In this document: piece by piece, positions 29,935-39,878 of the stretch | How the letters are laid out: the number at the start of each line of letters is the position of its first letter | Numbering within the stretch: position 1 is the stretch's first letter | Origin: an uncultured delta proteobacterium | GTDB lineage: Bacteria; Myxococcota_A; Polyangia; Fen-1088 | NCBI GenBank assembly: GCA_963796685.1 | Contig: CAWCMR010000015.1 | Span: 256,001-320,000, forward strand | Direction of reading: 5' to 3' | Length of the DNA: 64,000 nt | Position numbers and translations under genes: made by a program | Notes under the pieces: generated by a model | The model's database searches: none | Told to the model about the DNA's origin: nothing | The model's input: the letters and a program-made list of their open reading frames with translations, nothing else

Positions 29935-32415
29935 ATGAGCACCGAGGACGAAAGCAAGTCGGGCGCTGGCCAGGAGATACCGGATGTTCTTCCGCTGCTT
30001 CCGGTCCGAGATCTGGTCGTCTTCCCCTATATGATCGCGCCGCTGCGCGTATCGCGGCCGGTCTCCCTGGAGGCCGTGAATCAGGCCCTGGCCTCCGAGC
30101 ACCGCATGTGCTTCATCGTCGCCCAGCGCGACTCGACCGAGGAGGATCCCAAGCCGGGCTCGCTCTACCGCACCGGGACCGTGGGCATCGTCATGCGCAT
30201 GCGCAAGCTCTCCGACGGTGGCATCAAGATCCTGGTGCAGGGGCTCTGCCGCGCGCGCATCCAGCGTTTCCTTTCCGATGTGCCGAACTACAAGGTTCGG
30301 CTCGACGTCATCGAGGAGGAGCACACGCCGCCCTCGGTGGAGGTCGAGGCCCTTGTGCGAACGGTCAAGCAGAACGTCGAGCGGGTGGCCGAGCTGGGGC
30401 GCACCGTGCAGCCGGAGCTGGCGCTGGTGCTGCAGAACGTGGACGAGCCTGGGCGCATGTCCGATCTGGTCGCTTCCAATCTCACGCTCAAGCTGGCCGA
30501 TGCGCAGGCCATCCTCGAGACCGAGGATCCGGTGGCTCGGCTCTCCAAGGTCAACCAGTCCCTGGAAAACGAAATCGGCATCTTGGAGATGCAGAATCGT
30601 ATCCAGAGCAAGGCCAAGGAGGAGATGTCCAAGACCCAGCGCGACTACTACTTGCGCGAGCAGTTGCGCCAGATCAGGCACGAGCTGGGCGACGACAATT
30701 CCTTCCGCGACGAGGTCGAGGAGGTTCGGCACAAGATCGAGGCGGCGGGCTTGCCCGCGGAGGCGCGCGCCGAGGCCGACAAACAGGTGCGGCGGCTCGA
30801 ACAGATGAGCTCGGAAAGCGCCGAGGCCGCGGTGGTGCGAAGTTACCTCGACCTGGTGGTGGAGTTGCCGTGGAAAGAGCCCGAGGCTTCGTCCGTGGAT
30901 CTGGCAGCGGCGCGCGCGGTGCTCGACGAAGATCACTACGATCTCGAGCACGTGAAGGAACGAATCCTGGACTATCTGGCCGTGTACAAGCTGCGCAAGG
31001 ATGGCCGGGGGCCGATCCTTTGCTTCCTCGGGCCTCCCGGCGTCGGCAAGACCTCGCTCGGCCGCTCCATCGCCCGTGCGCTGGGGCGCAAGTTCGTGCG
31101 TATCTCCCTGGGCGGCGTTCGTGACGAGGCCGAGATCCGCGGACACCGAAGGACGTACGTGGGCGCCCTGCCGGGACGCATTCTGCAGGGGCTCAAGACC
31201 GCGGGCGCCAGAAATCCGATCTTCATGCTCGATGAGGTGGACAAGCTCGGTTCGGACTATCGCGGTGACCCGTCGGCAGCGTTGCTCGAGGTCCTGGATC
31301 CCGAGCAGAACCACACCTTCCGCGACCACTACCTGGGTGTGCCCTACGATCTGTCGAAGGTGCTGTTCATCGCGACCGCCAACCTGGCGGACACCATTCC
31401 TGCTCCGCTGCGCGACCGCATGGAGACCCTGCGCCTTGCCGGCTACAGCGAAGAGGAGAAGCTGGCCATCGCCGAGCGGTACCTTCTGCCCAAGCAGATT
31501 CGCGAGGCCGGGCTCTCCGACAAGGACTTGTCGATCGGCAGACCGGTGTTGCGCAAGGTGATCGCCGAGTACACGCGCGAAGCGGGCTTGCGCGACCTGG
31601 AGAGACAGGTGGCGCAGCTTGCCCGCAAGACGGCCCGGCGGATCGTCGAGAAGGGCGGGTCGGCGGATGCAAGAGGCAAAGCCAAGCGCGCCGCACCTCT
31701 CGGGTTGGACGACTTGGCCAAGTTCCTGGGGCCGCCCAAGTTCATCCCCGACGAGCGACAGCGCGTGGATGAGGTTGGCATCGCCAGCGGGCTGGCGTGG
31801 ACCCAGGCCGGCGGCGAAGTGCTGCACGTCGAGGCGCAGATCATGGCCGGCAAGGGGACGCTGATTCTGACCGGGCAGCTCGGCGACGTGATGAAGGAAT
31901 CGGCGCAGACGGCCCTTTCCTACGCCCGCGTACAGGCCGGCAACCTCGGTATCGAGGGCGACTTCTTTACCGACCGGCAGATTCACATCCACGTTCCCGC
32001 CGGCGCCGTGCCCAAGGACGGCCCATCGGCGGGCATCACCATGGCGTGCGTGCTCGTGTCGCTTGCCTCCGGCATTCCCATCCGGCGGGATGTGGCCATG
32101 ACCGGCGAGCTCACGCTGCGCGGTCGGGTTCTTCCCGTAGGCGGTCTCAAGGAAAAGCTGTTGGCGGCCGCACGCGCCGGCATGCATGTCGCCATCGTGC
32201 CCGCGGGCAATCTGGCCGAGCTGGGTGAGATCCCGGCTTTCCTACGCCAGCGCATCAAGCTGGAGCCCGTGCATTCCATGACCCAGGTCCTGGCCATCGC
32301 CCTGGCCCGGCCCTTGCCGACGGCCAAGTGGCAGGCCGTGAGCCAAGCGGCCACGGCGGCGCGCCGCCAGCCGGGGAAGGACCTGACCCATCACCGCCGC
32401 GGTGGAGCTGCCTGA
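29935..32415 (+). CDS. lon: ATP-dependent Lon protease
   Basis: LPLLPVRDLVVFP, GPPGVGKTS, RGHRRTYVGALPG and PKDGPSAG catalytic Ser motif. Confidence 0.97.
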   Translation: MSTEDESKSGAGQEIPDVLPLLPVRDLVVFPYMIAPLRVSRPVSLEAVNQALASEHRMCFIVAQRDSTEEDPKPGSLYRTGTVGIVMRMRKLSDGGIKILVQGLCRARIQRFLSDVPNYKVRLDVIEEEHTPPSVEVEALVRTVKQNVERVAELGRTVQPELALVLQNVDEPGRMSDLVASNLTLKLADAQAILETEDPVARLSKVNQSLENEIGILEMQNRIQSKAKEEMSKTQRDYYLREQLRQIRHELGDDNSFRDEVEEVRHKIEAAGLPAEARAEADKQVRRLEQMSSESAEAAVVRSYLDLVVELPWKEPEASSVDLAAARAVLDEDHYDLEHVKERILDYLAVYKLRKDGRGPILCFLGPPGVGKTSLGRSIARALGRKFVRISLGGVRDEAEIRGHRRTYVGALPGRILQGLKTAGARNPIFMLDEVDKLGSDYRGDPSAALLEVLDPEQNHTFRDHYLGVPYDLSKVLFIATANLADTIPAPLRDRMETLRLAGYSEEEKLAIAERYLLPKQIREAGLSDKDLSIGRPVLRKVIAEYTREAGLRDLERQVAQLARKTARRIVEKGGSADARGKAKRAAPLGLDDLAKFLGPPKFIPDERQRVDEVGIASGLAWTQAGGEVLHVEAQIMAGKGTLILTGQLGDVMKESAQTALSYARVQAGNLGIEGDFFTDRQIHIHVPAGAVPKDGPSAGITMACVLVSLASGIPIRRDVAMTGELTLRGRVLPVGGLKEKLLAAARAGMHVAIVPAGNLAELGEIPAFLRQRIKLEPVHSMTQVLAIALARPLPTAKWQAVSQAATAARRQPGKDLTHHRRGGAA

Positions 32416-32444
32416 GGACGCGACAGCGCGGAAGGTACGACCGG

Positions 32445-32492
32445 CCACGGCCACGACCACGACCACGACCACGGCCACGACCACGGCCACGG
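32445..32492. repeat. Hexamer tandem repeat (CCACGR) x8
   Basis: Mixed CCACGG/CCACGA units in the lon-lipoprotein intergenic region. Confidence 0.9.
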
Positions 32493-32557
32493 CCTTCTGC
32501 GACTATCGCGGGAATATGCACTGGACCGTACCTTCGCGTGTGGGCAAAATCCGCCGC

Positions 32558-33265
32558 ATGAGGAAGACAGCCGCGCGCCACACCATCCTGCTCCTGGTCG
32601 GTTCCGCATTCTTGTTGGCCTGCGGTCCCAGCATCGACAAGGCGGCCAAGTCCGACATCGATCAGCGCGTCGCCGTGCTTGCGCACACGGGCCAAACCTT
32701 CCCAGCGCCCACATCCTTCGTGCCCAAGCCCTTGGCGATGGGGCAGTGGACGCAGTACAAGCTGGTGAACGACAAGGGCGAGCCGTCGCTGGTCACCTAC
32801 AAGATCGTCGGCGAGGACAACGGCGCCTTCTGGGTGGAGATCGCGAACGAGAGCTACTACGGCAAGACGGTCATGAAGATTCTGCTCTTTCCAGGCGATC
32901 GCATGAATCCCAGCACCATGGAGGTTCGCGCGGTCAAGATGAAGGACAAGAAGGGCCAAGTAACGGAAATCCAAGGGCCGATACTTCAGCTCATGAAATC
33001 CATGTGGCAAAGCTCGATCGACATGCTCGCGGTTTCGTGGCAAGGGTTGCCCCAGGAAAGCATGCCCGTCATCGCGGGCACCTTCATCGGGTGCTTCAAG
33101 GCGAGAACCGATGCCAGTTGGGGCATGTGGCATTCGGCTTCGATGACCTGGATGCACGCCCTCGTCCCCATCAGCGGTCTGGTCAAGAGCGCGGGCATCG
33201 ACCACCCCACGTCCATGGAGCTGGTCGGCTTCGGCGAAACCGGCGCGACCAGCGAGATCCCGTAA
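32558..33265 (+). CDS. Hypothetical lipoprotein
   Basis: MRKTAARHTILLLVGSAFLLAC lipobox; strong GC3 codon bias; no recognised domain. Confidence 0.75.
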   Translation: MRKTAARHTILLLVGSAFLLACGPSIDKAAKSDIDQRVAVLAHTGQTFPAPTSFVPKPLAMGQWTQYKLVNDKGEPSLVTYKIVGEDNGAFWVEIANESYYGKTVMKILLFPGDRMNPSTMEVRAVKMKDKKGQVTEIQGPILQLMKSMWQSSIDMLAVSWQGLPQESMPVIAGTFIGCFKARTDASWGMWHSASMTWMHALVPISGLVKSAGIDHPTSMELVGFGETGATSEIP

Positions 33266-33349
33266 GGAGAGGGCGTAGAGATTTCTGAGCACGCAGAGAC
33301 AGCGCGTAAGGAGCTCGGGCTTCAACGCGAAGTCCACCCACCGGCGCCA

Positions 33350-33458
33350 GCCATGGTGATATGACTCTGAGCTGACGACAACCGCGGGACGCTGCTTGGT
33401 GGCGGTCTGGTCGGTGAATTGGAACGGCACGACGATGACGTCTCCGTCGGTAGGGCAT
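33350..33458 (-). pseudogene. PemK/MazF-family toxin remnant (frameshifted near start, truncated)
   Basis: ATG CCC TAC CGA is followed out of frame by GDVIVVPFQFTDQTATKQRPAVVVSSESYH; similarity then ends. Confidence 0.75.
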
Positions 33459-33472
33459 GGTGCTATCGACCT

Positions 33473-33676
33473 TCAGATGTCGTTGTAGACGTCGTCCTCG
33501 GGATTGTCCCAGACCTTGGCGAAGGCGGGCACGGCCGCCGCAGTGGCGGCGTGGGCCAGCTCGCGATTGGTGTTTCGCGAGGAGAGGAAGTCGACGAAAT
33601 CCTCGACTTCTGCAACACGGGCAGGAAGCAGACGCGCGATCTTCTCGAAAAGCTGCTGAGGTGCGGGTGCGGCCAT
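33473..33676 (-). CDS. Putative antitoxin (DUF2281-like), 67 aa
   Basis: LPARVAEVEDFVDFL...FAKVWDNPEDDVYNDI, directly upstream of the MazF remnant. Confidence 0.7.
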   Translation of the reverse strand: MAAPAPQQLFEKIARLLPARVAEVEDFVDFLSSRNTNRELAHAATAAAVPAFAKVWDNPEDDVYNDI

Positions 33677-33711
33677 GACGATCTCCGTTGGCAATTCCGA
33701 AACGGGATGCG

Positions 33712-34773
33712 TCAGCAGATCCTCGGCAACTGCTCGCCGCTGTGCATGTCCAGGATGCGCTTGGTGCCGATGCGGCTTTGTAGGGTGACCAGGGCGGCGG
33801 GTGATTCGGACACGACGCCGATGGCGGCGGCCGTCGCGGAAACCGGGTGGCTGTGGAGAATCTGCAGGGCGCGCTCGGCATCTGCGGAGGGGACGAAGGC
33901 GACGAAGCGGCCTTCGTTGGCCAGGTAGAGGGGGTCGAGGCCGAGGATCTCGCAGGCGCCGCACACGTTCTCCTCGACGGCGATGTCGCGCTCGGCGATG
34001 TCGATGTGCAACCGGCTCGATTCGGCGATCTCGATGAGCGTGGTGGCCAGGCCGCCGCGGGTCAGGTCGCGTAGGCAGTGGACCGCGATGCCGGCCGCGA
34101 ACAGGGCCAGCACGGGATCGGCGAGGGGGGCGCAGTCGGTTTCGATGGTGGTCTCGAATTGCAGGCCCTCGCGCACGGCCATGATGGCCACGCCGTGGCG
34201 GCCGACGTCGCCGCTGAGCAGGATGGCGTCGCCTGCGCGCACGCTGGTGGGCGCGATGACCAGGTTGTGCTCGACGACGCCGATGCCCGCGGTGTTGACG
34301 AACAGGCCGTCGCCCTTGCCGCGGTCCACGACCTTGGTGTCGCCGGTGACGATGCCGACGTTGGCGGCCTTGGCGGTGCGGGCCATGGAAGCCACCACGC
34401 GTTCGAGGGTGGCGATGGGCAGTCCTTCCTCCAGAATGAATCCCGCGGAGAGGCACAGCGGGCGTGCGCCACACATGGCCAGGTCGTTCACCGTGCCGGT
34501 GACGGCCAGGGTGCCGATGTCGCCGCCGGGAAAGAAGAGCGGGTGAACCACATAGGAGTCGGTGGTGAAGGCGAGCCGTCCCTTGTCGATCTTCATCACC
34601 GCGCCGTCGTGACGTGACTCGAGCGGCTGGTTGCCGAACGCGGGAAGGACGACGCGGTCGAGCAGACCGTGCATCATCCGGCCGCCACCGCCGTGGGCCA
34701 GGGTGACGAAATCCTGGTTGGTGATGGGGACGGGGCAGCTGACGGCGAAGGGCGCATCCGACTTGTCGGCCAT
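33712..34773 (-). CDS. hypE: Hydrogenase maturation protein HypE
   Basis: [31 protein letters not shown] and C-terminal PRIC. Confidence 0.96.
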   Translation of the reverse strand: MADKSDAPFAVSCPVPITNQDFVTLAHGGGGRMMHGLLDRVVLPAFGNQPLESRHDGAVMKIDKGRLAFTTDSYVVHPLFFPGGDIGTLAVTGTVNDLAMCGARPLCLSAGFILEEGLPIATLERVVASMARTAKAANVGIVTGDTKVVDRGKGDGLFVNTAGIGVVEHNLVIAPTSVRAGDAILLSGDVGRHGVAIMAVREGLQFETTIETDCAPLADPVLALFAAGIAVHCLRDLTRGGLATTLIEIAESSRLHIDIAERDIAVEENVCGACEILGLDPLYLANEGRFVAFVPSADAERALQILHSHPVSATAAAIGVVSESPAALVTLQSRIGTKRILDMHSGEQLPRIC

Positions 34774-34775
34774 GC

Positions 34776-35903
34776 TCAGCTCCGTTTCCCGGCGGCAAGG
34801 GCGGTCTGCGAGGTCTGTTGATGGCGTCGGTACTGGTAGTAGGCCGCGCACGCGCCTTCGCTCGAAACCATGGTGGCGCCGAGCGGCCGCTCGGGCGTGC
34901 AGCGCGTGCCGAAGGCCGGGCATTCTTGCGGCTTCTTCACCCCGCGCAGGACTTGCCCGCTGATGCACTCGGAATCCTCGTCGACGTGGTAACCGGCCAC
35001 GCCGAAGCGCGCCTCGGCGTCGTAGGCGGCGAATTCATCGCGCAGGGCATAGCCGCTGTTCGGGATTTCGCCCACCCCGCGCCACTTGCGCGGGACCACG
35101 CGGAAGACCTTTGCCATCAACCGTTGCGCGGGTCGATTCCCTTCGCGCTGCACCGAGCGCGCGTACTGGTTCTCGACCTCGGCGCGGCCCTGCTCGAGCT
35201 GCTGCACGCACATGAGGATCCCTTGCAGAATATCCACCGGCTCGAAGCCGGTCACCACGATGGGAACGCGGTATTTCGCGGCGAGGGGCAGGTACTCCTC
35301 GAAGCCCATCACCGTGCACACGTGCCCGGCGGCCAGGAACCCCTGGGTGCGGTTGTCGGGCGCGGCGAGAATCGCGGCCATGGCCGGCGGCACCAGCACG
35401 TGCGAGACCAAGACCGAGAAGTTCGGGAGCTTCTGCGCGTGGGCCTGGAACACGGCCATGGCGTTGGCCGGCGCGGTGGTCTCGAAGCCCACCGCGAAGA
35501 ACACGACTTGCCGTTCGGGATGGTCGCGCGCGACCTTCAGGGCATCGAGCGGCGAGTAGACGATGCGCACGTCGGCGCCCTTGGCCTTGACCGAGAACAG
35601 GTCGCCGCCGCTGCCCGGCACACGCAGCATGTCGCCGAAGGAGCAGAAGGTGACCTCGGGGCGCGCGGCGATCTGCAACGCCTTGTCGATGAGCTCGAGC
35701 GGGGTCACGCACACCGGGCAGCCCGGGCCGTGCAGCAGGGTGATGTGCCCGGGCAGAAGCTCGTCGATGCCGTACTTGACGATGCTGTGGGTCTGGCCGC
35801 CGCACACCTCCATGATCGACCACGGCTTGGTGGTGATGCGCGCGATGGCCTGGGCCAATCCCTCGGCCTTGGCCTGGTCGCGGTATTCGTCGACAAACTT
35901 CAT
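34776..35903 (-). CDS. hypD: Hydrogenase maturation protein HypD
   Basis: [21 protein letters not shown] and [15 protein letters not shown]. Confidence 0.96.
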   Translation of the reverse strand: MKFVDEYRDQAKAEGLAQAIARITTKPWSIMEVCGGQTHSIVKYGIDELLPGHITLLHGPGCPVCVTPLELIDKALQIAARPEVTFCSFGDMLRVPGSGGDLFSVKAKGADVRIVYSPLDALKVARDHPERQVVFFAVGFETTAPANAMAVFQAHAQKLPNFSVLVSHVLVPPAMAAILAAPDNRTQGFLAAGHVCTVMGFEEYLPLAAKYRVPIVVTGFEPVDILQGILMCVQQLEQGRAEVENQYARSVQREGNRPAQRLMAKVFRVVPRKWRGVGEIPNSGYALRDEFAAYDAEARFGVAGYHVDEDSECISGQVLRGVKKPQECPAFGTRCTPERPLGATMVSSEGACAAYYQYRRHQQTSQTALAAGKRS

Positions 35904-36151
35904 GTCTTGTTGTCCTCGAGCTCGCCCAGCTCGCCGATCTGGCGGAAGTATTCCAGGGTCTGCGCGGCCTCGGCCTCGTCGACCACGCTGATGGCGAAGC
36001 CGGCGTGCACCAGCACGTAGTCTCCGACTTTGGCCTCGGGGACGAAGGCCAGGCTGGCCTCCTTGCTGACACCGCCGAAGCTGACGGCGCCCATGCGCGT
36101 GGCGTCGTCACCGCTGATGCTGAGGATCTTTCCCGGGACCGCAAGACACAT
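35900..36151 (-). CDS. hypC: Hydrogenase chaperone HypC
   Basis: MCLAVPG...[12 protein letters not shown]. Confidence 0.95.
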   Translation of the reverse strand: MCLAVPGKILSISGDDATRMGAVSFGGVSKEASLAFVPEAKVGDYVLVHAGFAISVVDEAEAAQTLEYFRQIGELGELEDNKT

Positions 36152-36153
36152 GC

Positions 36154-38460
36154 TCAATCCTTTCGCGCTTCATGCGCCGCTTGCGCCGCCATGATCTGTC
36201 CCAGCGCGAGGCCGCCGTCGTTGGGCGGCACGCGCTGATGCCAGTACGGACGATAACCCGCGCCGAGCAAGCGCGACACCATGCGCTCGGTCAAATAGCG
36301 GTTCTGAAAGCAGCCACCGCTCAGCACGATGTTGGTCTCGCCGATTCGCGTCGCTACGTCGACCGCCATGTCCACGAGGGTGTTGTGAAAGCGGGCCGAC
36401 GCACGCGCAACGTCGATCCCCGGCTCGGCCAGCACGGCGCGCACCATGGGCTCCCAGTCCAGCCACAGGGTTTCGCCCTCGCCGCGCAGGACATAGGGAT
36501 AGGAATCGTCCACGTTCACGTCGGCCAAGGCAAATTCCAGCTCCATGGCTGCTTGACCTTCGAAGCTGGCTGCTTGACGCAGGTTCAGCAGCGAGGCGAA
36601 GGCGTCGAACAGGCGGCCGGCGCTGGAGGTGGTGGGCGTGTTGAGGCGCTGGCGCAGCATGGTCCGCAGGGTCCCGAGCTCGGCCGGCGAGAACGAACAC
36701 AGCGTCGGAAGGTCGAGGGCAAAGGCCTTGTCGCCGAAGACTTCGTAGAGAATGGCCAGCGCCACCCGGCGCGGCTCGCGCACGGCCTTGGCGTTGCCGG
36801 GCAAGAGGAAGGGGCGAATATGGGCAACCCGGCGAAAGCCCGCGCCCGTCACGTGCAGAAATTCGCCCCCCCACACCGTGCCGTCGCTGCCCAGGCCGCT
36901 GCCATCCCAGGCAATCCCCAGCACGGGCGGGCGCAGCCGATTCTCGGCCATGCAGGCGAGGACGTGTGCGTGGTGGTGTTGCACCTTGACCACGGGCAGA
37001 CACGAACGTTCGGCATGTTGGGTCGAGAGGTAGTCCGGGTGTAGGTCGCAGGCGAGGGTCGTGGGTGTGAAGGCATAGAGGCTTTGGAAGGCGTCGATGA
37101 CCGACACGAAGGCTTGATGCGATTCCGCGGTCTCTAAATCGCCGATGTGTTGGCTGATGAACACCTGCGTGCCGAGGGCCGCGGCGATGGTGTTCTTCTG
37201 GTGCCCGCCGACGGCGAGCACGGGCGCAAGCTCGTGGTCGACGGAGATGGGCAGGGGGGCGAAGCCGCGGGCGCGGCGGAGAACCAGCTCGCGCCCAGCC
37301 ACTTCGCGCACGATTGAATCGTCCACGTGACGCAAAATGGGTCGGTCGTGGACCAGGAAGACCTCGGCGATGCCACGCAGCCGTTCGACGGCTTCGTGCT
37401 CGTCGGTGCACATGGGCTCTTCGGAGAGGTTGCCGCTGGTGGCGACGACCGGAAACCCGAGCTCGCGCAATAACAGGTGGTGCAGCGGCGTGCCTGGCAG
37501 CATCACCCCCAAGGTCGGATTCCCCGGCGCGACGGATTTGGCGATGTCGCTGGGGCCCGGCAGGCGCGAAAGCAGGACGATGGGACGTTCGGGCGAACGC
37601 AGCAACCGTCGCTCGACCTCGGAGGCCGAGCAGGTGCGCAGGGCCTGCACGAGGTCGACGGCCATGATGGCGAAGGGCTTTTCCTCGCGCCGCTTGCGCT
37701 CGCGCAGCTCGCGCACGGCGGTCTCGTTTCGCGCATCCACCATCAGGTGAAATCCGCCCAGCCCCTTCACGGCGGCGATCTTCCCGGCGCGAATCGCGCC
37801 GGCCGCCGCCACCAGCGCCTCGTGCTTTTGCGCGCTCTCGACGCCGTCGCCGTTCCACAGCGCAAGCTGCGGGCCGCAGGCCGGGCATGCGTTGGGCTGG
37901 GCGTGGAACCGCCGGTCCGCCGGATCGCGGTACTCGAGCGCGCACTCGGCACACATCGTGAAGCGGGCCATGGTGGTGGCCGCGCGGTCGTAGGGCAGGC
38001 CGGCGATGATGCTGAAGCGCGGTCCGCAGTGGGTGCAATTGGTGAACGGGTAGCGATAGCGGCGATTGGCGGGATCGAGGATGTCGTTCAGGCACAGGGG
38101 GCAGGTGGCCAGGTCGGGCAGCACCAAGGCGCGCTTTTCGCCACCTGTGCTGGCGCGAATCTCGAACCCTGAATAGCCGACGGGATCCAGGAACGTCGCC
38201 TCCAGGCTCTGGATGATGGCGATGTCGGGTTTGTCGTCCTCAAGCCTGCGCACGAGCTCGCGCACCCTCTGCGCTTGGCCTTCGGCCTCGACGAACACGC
38301 CAGCGGCCGAGTTGTTGACCCAGCCACGCAGTCCGAGCTCTCGCGCCAGCCTGTAGACGAAGGGCCTGAACCCGACGCCTTGGACCGCGCCGCGAATGGC
38401 GACGTGGACGCGCACGGCGTCGGGCACGGAGTCGGGCACGGTTGGCTGAGCGGGCGCCAC
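36154..38460 (-). CDS. hypF: Carbamoyltransferase HypF
   Basis: GAVQGVGFRPFVY, zinc fingers CPLC/CTHC and CAEC/CPAC, KGLGGFHL, QHHHAH and PPNDGG. Confidence 0.96.
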   Translation of the reverse strand: MAPAQPTVPDSVPDAVRVHVAIRGAVQGVGFRPFVYRLARELGLRGWVNNSAAGVFVEAEGQAQRVRELVRRLEDDKPDIAIIQSLEATFLDPVGYSGFEIRASTGGEKRALVLPDLATCPLCLNDILDPANRRYRYPFTNCTHCGPRFSIIAGLPYDRAATTMARFTMCAECALEYRDPADRRFHAQPNACPACGPQLALWNGDGVESAQKHEALVAAAGAIRAGKIAAVKGLGGFHLMVDARNETAVRELRERKRREEKPFAIMAVDLVQALRTCSASEVERRLLRSPERPIVLLSRLPGPSDIAKSVAPGNPTLGVMLPGTPLHHLLLRELGFPVVATSGNLSEEPMCTDEHEAVERLRGIAEVFLVHDRPILRHVDDSIVREVAGRELVLRRARGFAPLPISVDHELAPVLAVGGHQKNTIAAALGTQVFISQHIGDLETAESHQAFVSVIDAFQSLYAFTPTTLACDLHPDYLSTQHAERSCLPVVKVQHHHAHVLACMAENRLRPPVLGIAWDGSGLGSDGTVWGGEFLHVTGAGFRRVAHIRPFLLPGNAKAVREPRRVALAILYEVFGDKAFALDLPTLCSFSPAELGTLRTMLRQRLNTPTTSSAGRLFDAFASLLNLRQAASFEGQAAMELEFALADVNVDDSYPYVLRGEGETLWLDWEPMVRAVLAEPGIDVARASARFHNTLVDMAVDVATRIGETNIVLSGGCFQNRYLTERMVSRLLGAGYRPYWHQRVPPNDGGLALGQIMAAQAAHEARKD

Positions 38461-38552
38461 GCCGGCAATCTACCTCAAGATGCCAATGACTTTGGTCGAT
38501 CCGTGCTCCTTTGCGGTATCGTTCGTATCCTCACCGCGCCCGAGGAGGACCG

Positions 38553-39617
38553 ATGCGAGCAGTCAGTCGTTTCGCGCTCATGACGTTGCTTCTGATTCTC
38601 CAGGCATGCGGCAGCAGCTCGCACGGTCAGGGGACGGGCACCGGGGGCGCAAACGGCACGGGAGGCGTGACGGCCAGCGGCGGGGTACCGGGCGGCGGCG
38701 GGTCTGGCACGGGTGGAGCGCTCGGTGGTACTGGCGGCGCGACGAAGGGCAGTGGAGGCTCGATGGGGATCGGCGGAACGAGCAGCGCTGGCGGCACAGG
38801 AAGCGGCGGCGTGGGTGGTGGAACGGGCGGCAAGGCCGGCGGCGGTGTGACAGGAAGCGGCGGCGACAGCGCCGGCGGATCCACCGGCCCCGACGGGGGC
38901 GGTACCACGGTCTGCAAGCGAGGCATCGCCGCGAACACGGCGCCCGACCCCGCGTTCTTCCCCGCGGTTGCGTGGTGGTACAACTGGGCCGCGCAAGGCA
39001 GCGGCTCGAGCGGCATGGAATTCGTGCCCATGCTCTGGGGCAAGGACAGTCTGAGCTCCAGCATTCCGGCCGGGTCGAAGTACCTGCTCACCTTCAACGA
39101 GCCCAATTTCATGGCCCAGTCGAACCTGACCGCCGCCCAGGCCGCCAGCTACTGGCCCACCATCCAGACCAAGGCAGCCGGGATTCCCATCGTCGGTCCA
39201 GGCATGAATTTCTGCGGCCCCGCGAACCAGTGCAACGGCACCGATCCCTATCAGTATCTGACGGACTTCTTCGCTGCGTGCCCGACCTGCGAGGTCGATT
39301 ACGTCGCGGTCCACTGGTACAACTGCGACTTGCCGTCGCTCAAGGACTACCTGGAGCCCGGCGGCAGCCTGGCCGGCTTCGAGCAATTCGGCAAGCCGAT
39401 CTGGCTGACCGAATTTTCCTGCGACACGACTGCCTCGGCGGCCCAGCAAGAAGCCTACATGCGCGCCGCGATCCCGTACCTCGAAGGCAATCCCAGGGTG
39501 TTCCGTTATTCCTGGTTCAGCGCCGACCCGATCCCGAACGCCAAGCTCGTCAACAGCGACGGCTCGCCCACGGCGCTCGGACAAGTGTACATGGGCTTGC
39601 CCCAGAGCTGCCGCTGA
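38553..39617 (+). CDS. GH128-like (Glyco_hydro_cc) beta-1,3-glucanase lipoprotein with Gly-rich stalk
   Basis: LQAC lipobox; KRG, WWYNW, FVPMLWG, FNEPN, AVHWY, KPIWLTEF and RYSWF. Confidence 0.8.
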   Translation: MRAVSRFALMTLLLILQACGSSSHGQGTGTGGANGTGGVTASGGVPGGGGSGTGGALGGTGGATKGSGGSMGIGGTSSAGGTGSGGVGGGTGGKAGGGVTGSGGDSAGGSTGPDGGGTTVCKRGIAANTAPDPAFFPAVAWWYNWAAQGSGSSGMEFVPMLWGKDSLSSSIPAGSKYLLTFNEPNFMAQSNLTAAQAASYWPTIQTKAAGIPIVGPGMNFCGPANQCNGTDPYQYLTDFFAACPTCEVDYVAVHWYNCDLPSLKDYLEPGGSLAGFEQFGKPIWLTEFSCDTTASAAQQEAYMRAAIPYLEGNPRVFRYSWFSADPIPNAKLVNSDGSPTALGQVYMGLPQSCR

Positions 39618-39672
39618 CGTGCGACGTAAACGCACGTCGTTCCTCCGTCGAGAAAAAAGATCATCACGGGAC

Positions 39673-39710
39673 TTGCCAAATCGGAGCCGATTCGTTACGT
39701 TTTTCACGTG
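39673..39710 (+). promoter_or_regulatory. Putative sigma70 promoter of the hox operon with overlapping operator-like motifs
   Basis: TTGCCA-N17-TACGTT; spacer palindrome AATCGG-AG-CCGATT; Rex-like TTCGTTACGTTTTTCACG overlaps the -10 box. Confidence 0.4.
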
Positions 39711-39878
39711 CGCAGTGCTTGCGCCATGGATCGTGGTTCCGTGTAGGTCTAGTTTGGGTTCAGTGTAGTTTCGACAGTTTGAGTAACTAGCCCGAATCGC
39801 GAAGCGGCGGAAACCGTGTTTCCGTCGGGGTTCGGGGACGGTAGTCCGACTCGACGAGAGTCAGAAGCAGGAAGGGCC

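Noticed and set aside
32402-32557. Thr-rich N-terminal extension of the lipoprotein
   Set aside because: It is translation of the CCACGR repeat; the signal peptide starts at ATG 32558.
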